DNA from: Candidatus Eiseniibacteriota bacterium
GTDB taxonomy: Bacteria; Eisenbacteria; RBG-16-71-46; JABDJR01; JAWXBZ01
DNA length: 17,244 nucleotides
Assembly (NCBI GenBank): GCA_034440375.1
Contig: JAWXBZ010000054.1
Location: forward strand, 1 to 17,244
Direction of reading: 5' to 3'
The translations under genes were made by a program, and so were the position numbers. Position 1 is the stretch's first letter, and each line of letters opens with the position of its first letter. This document shows, in pieces, positions 8,727-16,491 of the stretch. The notes below the pieces were generated by a model, which was given only the letters and a program-made list of their open reading frames with translations, was not told the DNA's origin and did not search any database.

Positions 8727-8882
8727 AAGCGCGTTCCTCCCATCGGTTCGGCGCCTCCGCGTCATGCCATTTGAGAATGTAACCCTGAGGCCCCTCGCGG
8801 AATCGGCGTAAACCTGTTATCGTTGAACGGTTTGGCGTGATGATCATTGCCATTGATTGACTAGAACCACTCGCGAGGACCA

Positions 8883-10319
8883 ATGCCATTCAGAGCCCTG
8901 GAGCTCCGTGACGAGATCCTGAAATCGATCGACGAACTCGGTTACAAGGAACCAACCCCGATTCAGATCAAGGCCGTCCCCATTCTCATGAAGGGACGCG
9001 ATGTCATCGGTATCGCCCAGACCGGAACCGGCAAGACCGCCGCGTTCGTCTGGCCGATGCTCGAACGACTGATGACGACCCGGCCGGAACCGGCCCCCGC
9101 CATCCCGTTCCCCCGCGGCCTTGTGCTGGTGCCGACGCGCGAACTGGCCGTGCAGGTGTACGACAACCTGGTGGCCTACGCGAAGTACCTGCCGGTGCGC
9201 GCGTTGCCAATTTATGGCGGCGTCAGCGAATTTGGCCAGCTGGCGGCGTTGAAGAAGGGAGCCGACGTCATCGTCGCCACACCGGGGCGATTGCTCGATT
9301 TCCTGTCGAGCCAGTCGATCCGGCTCAAGAACGTCGAGTTCCTGGTTCTCGACGAAGCCGATCGGATGCTCGACATGGGGTTCATCCCGGACGTGCGTCG
9401 AATCCTTGGCTATCTCCCCGCCAAGCGGCAGACCCTTTTCTTCTCGGCCACGTTTCCACCGCTGGTCGAAAAGCTGGCCAAGGAGTTCCTGACCAATCCG
9501 CAGGTCGTTGAAATCGGTCGTCGGGCCACGCCCACGGAAACCGTGGCCCAGTATATCTTCGAAGTTCCGCGCCCGCACAAGACGGCGCTGCTCGCTCATA
9601 TCCTTCGCCAGTACGACCTGAAGTGCGTGCTCGTCTTCGTGCGCACCAAGATCATGGCCGACCGACTGTCACGCGATCTGTCGGCCACCGGCATACCGGT
9701 GGCGGCGCTCCATTCCAATCGCACGCAAGGGCAGCGCACGGCCGCGCTCAAGGGATTCAAGCAGGGCCTGTACCCGGTCCTGGTGGCCACGGACATTGCC
9801 GCCCGCGGCATCGATGTCGACGGCATCTCGCATGTCGTCAACTTCGATTTCCCCAATCAGCCCGAGGACTACGTCCATCGGATCGGCCGCACCGGCCGCG
9901 CGCTGGCCATCGGGGACGCCCTCTCGTTCGTAGCGCCGGAGGAAATGGTGGCGCTCCGGACGCTGGAACGCTTCATCGGCCGCGGCATTCCCCGCCGCGT
10001 GATCGATGGCTTCGATCCGAAGGCCATCCGTTTCGAACGCCCGGCGCGCAGCTCCGGTGATTCGGGTCGTGGCGGCCCCCGGGAGCGCGATGCGGGACGT
10101 GGCGCCCCGCGCGATCGCGCCGCCGGCCGAGGTGCCTCCGGTCCCTCCGGTGGATCCGGGGAAGCGCGGGGCCGCCAGAGGGACTCGCACGGCGCCCGGA
10201 CCGGTCAGGCGGCATCGCCGGATCCAACGGTCGTGCCCGGACACTCCGCACCCCTTGTCCCCGGCTCGAACGAATCGACATGGGGACGGGCCTCGAAACC
10301 GGGCCGACGCCGGCGATAG
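8883..10319 (+). CDS. DEAD-box ATP-dependent RNA helicase (RhlE-like)
   Basis: Q motif GYKEPTPIQ, AQTGTGKT, PTRELA, GG, TPGRLLD, DEAD, SAT, LVATDIAARGID, YVHRIGRTGRA. Basic, Gly/Arg-rich disordered tail. GAGGA RBS. Confidence 0.95.
   Translation: MPFRALELRDEILKSIDELGYKEPTPIQIKAVPILMKGRDVIGIAQTGTGKTAAFVWPMLERLMTTRPEPAPAIPFPRGLVLVPTRELAVQVYDNLVAYAKYLPVRALPIYGGVSEFGQLAALKKGADVIVATPGRLLDFLSSQSIRLKNVEFLVLDEADRMLDMGFIPDVRRILGYLPAKRQTLFFSATFPPLVEKLAKEFLTNPQVVEIGRRATPTETVAQYIFEVPRPHKTALLAHILRQYDLKCVLVFVRTKIMADRLSRDLSATGIPVAALHSNRTQGQRTAALKGFKQGLYPVLVATDIAARGIDVDGISHVVNFDFPNQPEDYVHRIGRTGRALAIGDALSFVAPEEMVALRTLERFIGRGIPRRVIDGFDPKAIRFERPARSSGDSGRGGPRERDAGRGAPRDRAAGRGASGPSGGSGEARGRQRDSHGARTGQAASPDPTVVPGHSAPLVPGSNESTWGRASKPGRRRR
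10065..10136 (+). repeat. Degenerate 30-bp (10-aa) repeat in the helicase tail: GRGGPRERDA / GRGAPRDRAA / GRGA
   Basis: Visible in the translation and in the DNA (ggtcgtggcggcccccgggagcgcgatgcg / ggacgtggcgccccgcgcgatcgcgccgcc). Confidence 0.6.
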
Positions 10320-10330
10320 GAGGAGCCGAC

Positions 10331-11764
10331 ATGACTCAGTCGAAGACGCCCGCCGATGCCTTCCGCATCGAGAAGGATTCGATGGGGGAAGTCCGCGTTC
10401 CGAAGGACGCGCTCTGGGCCGCGCAGACCCAGCGCGCCGTGGAAAATTTCCCGATCTCGGGTGTCCGATTCAGCCGTCCGTTCTTGAAGGCCCTGGGGCT
10501 GATCAAGTCGGCAGCCGCAGAGGCCAACGAAGAATTGGGCCTCCTCCCCGCGCCCCTCAGTCGGATCATTCAGGCCGCCGCCCTTGAAGTGGCCAACGGA
10601 ACATGGGACGGGCAGTTCCCGATCGACGTTTTTCAGACCGGCTCGGGCACCTCCACGAACATGAACGCCAACGAAGTCCTGGCCAGCCGCGCCGGTCAGC
10701 TTGGCGCCGACGCCAAACAGACCGTGCACCCCAACGATCATGTGAACATGGGGCAGTCGTCGAACGACGTCATTCCAACGGCCATCCACCTGGCCGCCTG
10801 GCTCGAGACGACGGAAAACCTCCTTCCGGCACTGCGACATCTTTTCCAGGCGCTGGCGGCCAGGGCCCCGGCGTGCGATGACACGGTAAAGACCGGCCGC
10901 ACGCACCTCATGGATGCCATGCCGGTGCGGCTCTCGCAGGAAATTCTCGGATGGGCCGGCCAGGTGGACCTGTCGATCGAACGGATCGAATCCACGCTGC
11001 CGCGCCTTTGTGAACTGGCGATAGGCGGCACCGCGGTCGGCACCGGCATCAACGCGCATCCCGAGTTCGCTTCCCGGCTGTGCCGCGTGCTTTCGGAGCG
11101 CACCGGCGGCCGATTCATCGAGGCGCGAAACCACTTCGCGGCTCAATCGACAATGGACACGGCGGTCGAGCTGTCGGGGCAGCTCAAGGCCACGGCGGCC
11201 GCGTTGATGAAGATAGCCGACGATCTGCGCTGGATGAACTCCGGCCCCATCGCCGGCCTCGGTGAGATCGCGCTGCCAAGCCTGCAGCCCGGCTCGTCGA
11301 TCATGCCCGGAAAGGTGAACCCGGTCATCCCGGAGGCCATGATGATGGTGGCCGCCCAGGTGATGGGCAACGACGTCACCATCGGCATCGCCGGCAGTCG
11401 CGGAAACTTTCAGCTCAACGTGATGCTCCCGGTCATTGCCCGGAATCTGCTCGACAGCATCACGATACTGGGAAATGCCTCGCGACTCCTCGCCGACAAG
11501 GCGATCACCGGCTTCACGGTCAATCCGGAACGGACCGGTGGCCTGGTCGACAAGAACCCGATCCTGGTCACGGCGCTCAATGCCGTCATCGGTTATGACC
11601 TCGGTGCGAAAATCGCCAAGCGGGCCTACGCGGAAAATCGAACGCTCAAGGACGTGGCCCGGGAGATGACTTCCCTGTCCGCCGCGGATCTCGACCGGCT
11701 GCTCGACCCGCGCCCGATGACCGAGGGCGGAATCGGCGCCGGTGGGGGCGGGAGCGGCGGGTGA
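10331..11764 (+). CDS. fumC: Class II fumarate hydratase
   Basis: RIEKDSMGEV, AQTQRAVENF, FQTGSGTSTNMNANEV, HPNDHVNMGQSSND, KTGRTHLMDA, GGTAVGTG, and the signature GSSIMPGKVNP. AGGAGGAG RBS before ATG 10331. Confidence 0.95.
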   Translation: MTQSKTPADAFRIEKDSMGEVRVPKDALWAAQTQRAVENFPISGVRFSRPFLKALGLIKSAAAEANEELGLLPAPLSRIIQAAALEVANGTWDGQFPIDVFQTGSGTSTNMNANEVLASRAGQLGADAKQTVHPNDHVNMGQSSNDVIPTAIHLAAWLETTENLLPALRHLFQALAARAPACDDTVKTGRTHLMDAMPVRLSQEILGWAGQVDLSIERIESTLPRLCELAIGGTAVGTGINAHPEFASRLCRVLSERTGGRFIEARNHFAAQSTMDTAVELSGQLKATAAALMKIADDLRWMNSGPIAGLGEIALPSLQPGSSIMPGKVNPVIPEAMMMVAAQVMGNDVTIGIAGSRGNFQLNVMLPVIARNLLDSITILGNASRLLADKAITGFTVNPERTGGLVDKNPILVTALNAVIGYDLGAKIAKRAYAENRTLKDVAREMTSLSAADLDRLLDPRPMTEGGIGAGGGGSGG

Positions 11765-12843
11765 CGTCGTTTCCGATCGAGTCGGACATTCACCGGGCCT
11801 CGACACTTCCGGCTGATTTCTACACCGGTGCCGACGCCTGGAAGTCCGTCCGCGAGCGGGTATTCACCCGTGCCTGGCAGTGGGTGGCCGATATCGACCA
11901 GGTTCGCGTGCCGGGCCAGGTCTGGCCATTTACCCTGCTCGAGGGGCTGCTGGATGAACCGCTGGTCCTGACCCGGGATGCCGATGACACCTTGCACGCG
12001 ATGTCGAATGTCTGCACGCACCGCGGGGCGATGGTGGTCGAAGGTGCCGGCGTCGAAAAGGCACTCCGCTGTCGCTATCATGGCCGTCGCTTCGGCCTGG
12101 ATGGAAAATTCCAGTACATGCCCGAATTCGAAGGGGCGGAGGGTTTTCCGTCCGCCTGCGACGATCTGCCCCAGGTCGGCCTTGGGCGCTGGTCCCGCTT
12201 CCTCTTCGCATCACTTGCGCCCTTGGAACCGGTCGAATCGGTCCTGCAGCCGATGATCGATCGGATCGGCTGGCTGCCGGTCGACGAGTTTCGATTTGAT
12301 CCGACCCGCTCGCGAGAATACCTGGTCCGGGCGCACTGGGCCCTGTACTGCGACAACTATCTCGAGGGACTTCACATCCCGTATATTCACGCAGGGTTGA
12401 ACAGCGTGATCGACTATGGCAACTACACCGTCGAGATATTCGAGCGCTGCAATCTGCAGCTCGCCCTGGCACGGCCCGGTGACGAAGCATTCGACCCGCC
12501 GGCCGAATCGCCCGATTTCGGAAAACGAGTAGCCGCCTACTACTGGTGGCTGTTTCCCAACATGATGTTCAATTTTTACCCGTGGGGCCTGTCGATCAAC
12601 ATCGTTCGACCGCAGGGTCCGGCCCTGACTCGAATCCAATTCCTGACCTACGTATGGCGCGAAGACAAGATGGACTCGGGTGCCGGCTCCGGATTGGACC
12701 GGGTGGAGCGGGAGGACGAATCGGTGGTCGAATCGGTGCAGCGGGGCCTCAAATCCCGCCTGTACCGCCAGGGACGGTTTTCCCCCACCCGGGAGACCGG
12801 CGTACACCACTTTCACACCCTGCTGAGTCGATCCCTGGCCTGA
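11761..12843 (+). CDS. Rieske non-heme iron oxygenase alpha subunit (choline monooxygenase-like)
   Basis: Rieske motif CTHRG...CRYHG; mononuclear iron motif DNYLEGLHIPYIH; C-terminal ED..VVESVQRG; YYWWLFPNMMFN. GTG start overlaps the fumC stop (GTGA). Confidence 0.9.
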   Translation: MTSFPIESDIHRASTLPADFYTGADAWKSVRERVFTRAWQWVADIDQVRVPGQVWPFTLLEGLLDEPLVLTRDADDTLHAMSNVCTHRGAMVVEGAGVEKALRCRYHGRRFGLDGKFQYMPEFEGAEGFPSACDDLPQVGLGRWSRFLFASLAPLEPVESVLQPMIDRIGWLPVDEFRFDPTRSREYLVRAHWALYCDNYLEGLHIPYIHAGLNSVIDYGNYTVEIFERCNLQLALARPGDEAFDPPAESPDFGKRVAAYYWWLFPNMMFNFYPWGLSINIVRPQGPALTRIQFLTYVWREDKMDSGAGSGLDRVEREDESVVESVQRGLKSRLYRQGRFSPTRETGVHHFHTLLSRSLA

Positions 12844-12865
12844 TTCCAGTCCGGGACAAATAAAA

Positions 12866-12894
12866 TCAAACATCCTCCCGGGAGGGTGCGTCTC
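12866..12894 (+). promoter_or_regulatory. Candidate ECF-sigma promoter TCAAAC-N17-CGTC with A-rich upstream tract
   Basis: AAAC at 12868-12871 and CGTC at 12889-12892, 17-nt spacer; ACAAATAAAAT immediately upstream. The spacer contains the palindrome CCTCCCGGGAGG. Confidence 0.35.
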
Positions 12895-13006
12895 AATCAT
12901 CGCATGTCGGGAGAGCAACCGGGGGCTCCGCTCGCAGGTGGACCCCCGGCCCCCACACCAGCCACTTCCGGTGTCTAAACCCCCACCGACTCGAGGAGAT
13001 TCCTTC

Positions 13007-15598
13007 ATGAACGGGCGTCATTTAGGGACGAATCTGGCCGTCCTGGTCGGAGTCGTTATGGGCCTGGGTACGGCGCGGGCATCATTCGATGGGTTCACCG
13101 CGGAGGGGATCGAGACGATTCGCCCGAGTGAAGCCGACGGGCGGACCACCGTGGCCCCGAAGCTCGTCGCCATGTCGCTGACGGGCCAGAAGATCACCGT
13201 GGACGGAAAGCTGGACGAACCGATCTGGCTGACGGCGCCGACCGCCAGCGGATTCAAGACATGGGACCCGGACCGTGGCGGGGTGCCGCCCGAAGAGACG
13301 CTGTTCAAGGTGGCCTACGACGAGGATGCGGTCTACTTTGCCGTGGCCTGCCTCGAGAAGGACGCCGCGAACATCGAGGCCAAGCTCTCCCGGCGCGACA
13401 ACTTCAGCAACTCCGATCTGGTCAGCATCTACATCGATCCGTATCACGACAAGACCACCGGCTATAACTTCAAGATCAATCCGCTGGGTGTCCAGGTCGA
13501 TTCGTACATTTTCGCCGACGGGGAGCGGGACGACAACTGGAACGCCGTCTGGCAGGGCGAGACGCACCGGGATGCCGATGGCTGGTATGCCGAGGTGCGC
13601 ATTCCATTTGCGGCCATCCGCTACAAGAGGGCCGAGGAAATGACCTGGGGCCTCAACATCTACCGTCGGATGCACAACCGCGGGATCGAGGTCTCGTGGA
13701 CCAACTGGCCCAAGGGCGAATCGGGATTCGTGAGCCGCTGGGGCGAGCTGACCGGCCTCAAGAATGTGGTGCCGGCCAGGGCCGTCGAGATCCTTCCCTA
13801 TGTTCTCCAGCGATCGACCGACCCGTCGATCAATGAACCCGAATTCGGGGCCGACAAGATCCAGAACCAGACGAATTTTGGCGGCGATCTGAAGTACGGC
13901 ATCACCTCCGACCTGACATTGAATGCCACGATTCAGCCCGATTTCGGGCAGGTCGAGGCCGATCCGGCCGAGCTCAATCTCTCCCCCTTCGAAACTTTCT
14001 ACGAGGAAAAGCGCCCCTTCTTCGTGGAAGGGAATAAGTTTTTCAGTCATCCCAACTTCAATCTTTTCTACTCGCGGCGCATCGGCACCGGTAACGAGAA
14101 CGCCCGGATCCGCTTTGCAAGCAAGTTGACCGGCAAGCTGGCCGGCAACACGACGCTGGCGGTCCTGGCCGCAGCCACCGACCTGACCGGGACGGGGCAG
14201 GGGCACAATTTCTTCAAGGGCGGCGAGCGTGAAACTTATTTCGCCGTCGCCCGGGTCGGGCAGCAGTTCAACGGTGGATTGCACCGGGTCAACCTGATGG
14301 GCACCGCCGTGAACAATCCGGGGAGCTATGCTGACTACGGGGATCGTTTTTCACGCGAAGCCTATACGGGTGGCGCCGACTGGGAATCCAATTTCAAGAA
14401 TCGGCAATACCGCCTCCAGGGCTCTCTCGTCGGTTCGGTCATCGACCCGGAAAAAAACCCCGACAATCCGCTGCCGGCTGCCAGGCTGTATGGCACCGGC
14501 GGCAGCATGCAGTTCAACAAGCGGGGCGGCAAGTTTTACGGCGGCGTCAGCGGGCGGTGGGAACATGACAAGCTGAGACTGAACGATGTCGGATTCCTGT
14601 CGGCACCGGACGAGATCAGCTCGCGCGCCTGGCTCAGCTTTCCCATCAATCAGAACGGCAAGAGCAAGACCTTCAACAACGGCGAACTCAACTTCAATGC
14701 CTGGCGGAGCTGGCTCTACGGGGCCCGCAACGGCCAGGATGTTCAATCGGGCGAGACGGCCTGGGCCTACGGCAAAGGTCATCCCCAGAACGCCGGGAAT
14801 AATATCAACGGCTTTCTGCAATTCCGCAATTACATGGAAGCCTGGGCCGGTCTCGAGTTGATGTACAAGGGAACGGAGCGTTACGAAACCCGGGGGGGTC
14901 CGCTGATCTCGGAACCGCTGACCTACGGTGGCTGGTACGGCGGCTCGACGGATACCCGGAAGGACCTGACCCTGAACCTGGACGGCAACTACTTTCGCGA
15001 CACGGCCGAAAACTTCAGCACGAACCTGACCACGGGCGTTCACTGGAACCAGTCCAGTTCGATGGTCCATGACATTCGGCTGGGATTCCGCTATCGCGAG
15101 GACGACACGCAGTACCTGGAAACCGTGAACCTGGCCGATCGGCCGGGGGGCCAGGGGATCGGCGGCCTCTCCTATGTCTTCGGCGACATCACGCAGCGAA
15201 CGCTGGATCTGACCATCCGCAGCAGCGTCCTCTTCAGCCGCTCCGCCTCGCTGGAATTCTACGTTCAGCCGTACGTCACGGTCGGCAGCTACAGCCGGGT
15301 TCGCGAACTGGCCGAGCCCGACTCCTATGACCTGATCCCGTACGCCGAAGCCGACTACGAGCCCCGGGACTTCGATTTCGAGTACGGCTCGGTGAACCTG
15401 AACGCGGTCTGGCGCTGGGAATATCGCCCGGGAAGCACCTTTTACCTGGTCTGGACCCACGGGCGGGAGAGCTTTGACCAGCGCGCCTTCCATGCTCCCG
15501 GCGCGAGCTTCCAGAACAGTCTCGGGACGGGCGCGCTCTTCAACAACGAGCCAACGAACACGATTCTGGCCAAGTTCACCTACTACCTGTCGCTGTAG
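13007..15598 (+). CDS. DUF5916-type exported / outer-membrane protein with an N-terminal CBM9-like sugar-binding domain
   Basis: Signal peptide ending GTARA. N-terminal ITVDGKLDEPIW, YDEDAVYFAV, RRD, YIDPYHD, INPLGVQ, GWYAEVRIPFAAIRY (CBM9-like). Then LNATIQPDFGQVEADP, FYEEKRPFF.EG, FYSRRIG; amphipathic beta-strands; C-terminal WEYRPGSTFYLVW...KFTYYLSL. GAGGAG RBS before ATG 13007. Confidence 0.8.
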   Translation: MNGRHLGTNLAVLVGVVMGLGTARASFDGFTAEGIETIRPSEADGRTTVAPKLVAMSLTGQKITVDGKLDEPIWLTAPTASGFKTWDPDRGGVPPEETLFKVAYDEDAVYFAVACLEKDAANIEAKLSRRDNFSNSDLVSIYIDPYHDKTTGYNFKINPLGVQVDSYIFADGERDDNWNAVWQGETHRDADGWYAEVRIPFAAIRYKRAEEMTWGLNIYRRMHNRGIEVSWTNWPKGESGFVSRWGELTGLKNVVPARAVEILPYVLQRSTDPSINEPEFGADKIQNQTNFGGDLKYGITSDLTLNATIQPDFGQVEADPAELNLSPFETFYEEKRPFFVEGNKFFSHPNFNLFYSRRIGTGNENARIRFASKLTGKLAGNTTLAVLAAATDLTGTGQGHNFFKGGERETYFAVARVGQQFNGGLHRVNLMGTAVNNPGSYADYGDRFSREAYTGGADWESNFKNRQYRLQGSLVGSVIDPEKNPDNPLPAARLYGTGGSMQFNKRGGKFYGGVSGRWEHDKLRLNDVGFLSAPDEISSRAWLSFPINQNGKSKTFNNGELNFNAWRSWLYGARNGQDVQSGETAWAYGKGHPQNAGNNINGFLQFRNYMEAWAGLELMYKGTERYETRGGPLISEPLTYGGWYGGSTDTRKDLTLNLDGNYFRDTAENFSTNLTTGVHWNQSSSMVHDIRLGFRYREDDTQYLETVNLADRPGGQGIGGLSYVFGDITQRTLDLTIRSSVLFSRSASLEFYVQPYVTVGSYSRVRELAEPDSYDLIPYAEADYEPRDFDFEYGSVNLNAVWRWEYRPGSTFYLVWTHGRESFDQRAFHAPGASFQNSLGTGALFNNEPTNTILAKFTYYLSL

Positions 15599-15738
15599 TC
15601 AGCGGCGTTTTTGAAGGCCCCGGCGCCACTCTGGCCGTGGACCCGCCGAATCTTCTAGTATCCGGTCTTCATCCAAGAAGAATGGGGGCGACAAGGATGG
15701 TCGCCCCGCATCGCCTTCCCGAAGGAGACCATCGTCCC

Positions 15739-16257
15739 ATGTTGATCAGCGAAAAACTGGCCCGCGCACTCAGCGTGCAGGTCGGCAATGAATTCGGCGC
15801 CTCCCTCCAATACGTCATGCTGGCCTCCTATTTCGAGCGCGAGGCCCTCCCCGTCCTGGCTGCCCGTTTCTACGAACAGGCGGACGAAGAGCGGATGCAC
15901 GCCATGAAGATCAGCCACTACGTGAACGCCGCCGGCGGCACGCTGGAAATCCAGGCCATTCCCAAGGGAAAGGCTGATTTCGCCTCCGCCGAAGAAGGGG
16001 TTCAGCTGGCCCTCGACTGGGAGCTGACCGTCACCCGGCAGATCAACGACCTGGTCGGCATCGCGATCATCGAGTCGGACCACCTCGCGCAGAATTTCCT
16101 GGTGTGGTTCGTCAACGAGCAGCTCGAGGAAGTCAGCAGCATGGACATGCTGCTGAAGACCATCCAGCGCGCCAAGGGCGACATGCTCCGCGTCGAGGAA
16201 TACGTCTCGCGCTCAGGCGCCAAGGCACCGGAATCGGGGCTCGAGCCGGGGGCGTAG
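15739..16257 (+). CDS. Non-heme ferritin (FtnA-like)
   Basis: QVGNEFGASLQY, FYEQADEERMHAMK, ALDWELTVTRQIN, FLVWFVNEQLEE: the ferroxidase-centre E, Y, EExxH, E and QxEE residues are all present. GAAGGAG RBS before ATG 15739. Confidence 0.92.
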   Translation: MLISEKLARALSVQVGNEFGASLQYVMLASYFEREALPVLAARFYEQADEERMHAMKISHYVNAAGGTLEIQAIPKGKADFASAEEGVQLALDWELTVTRQINDLVGIAIIESDHLAQNFLVWFVNEQLEEVSSMDMLLKTIQRAKGDMLRVEEYVSRSGAKAPESGLEPGA

Positions 16258-16271
16258 CGGCAAGCGGCATG

Positions 16272-16300
16272 CGCTCCTGCTCCACCGGAGCGGCGGAGTG
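16272..16300. terminator. GC-rich hairpin between the convergent ferritin and tRNA-Glu genes (possible terminator or processing stem)
   Basis: Inner stem GCTCC-acc-GGAGC (16279-16291) and outer CGCTCC/GGAGTG; no clear U-tract on either strand. Confidence 0.3.
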
Positions 16301-16304
16301 GAAA

Positions 16305-16382
<78 letters not shown>

Positions 16383-16430
16383 CCGGAAGTCCGTCCTTAC
16401 AGTCGACAACAGGACTGCGGATGGACAAGG

Positions 16431-16466
16431 CCGCGGATTATAGGGGCCTCCTTCCCCATCGGTCAA
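16431..16466 (-). promoter_or_regulatory. Sigma70-type promoter of tRNA-Glu: TTGACC-N18-TATAAT with GC-rich discriminator CCGCGG
   Basis: On the minus strand, TTGACC at 16466-16461, TATAAT at 16442-16437, then CCGCGG. Confidence 0.75.
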
Positions 16467-16491
16467 TGCGCGTGCGGGGGCGCCGTCCCGC

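Noticed and set aside
10331-11764. Aspartate ammonia-lyase (aspA) as an alternative call
   Set aside because: QTGSGTSTNMN and GRTHLMDA match class II fumarases; aspartases typically have QGGAGTS and GRTQLQDA.
10205-11806. 533-aa minus-strand ORF
   Set aside because: Antisense shadow of fumC with no independent coding signal.
12909-12960. Glycine riboswitch suggested by GGGAGAG
   Set aside because: The CCGAAG and CTCTCAGG core elements are absent; kept only as an unclassified structure.
13082-15493. Two minus-strand ORFs of 400 and 380 aa
   Set aside because: Antisense shadows of the DUF5916 gene.
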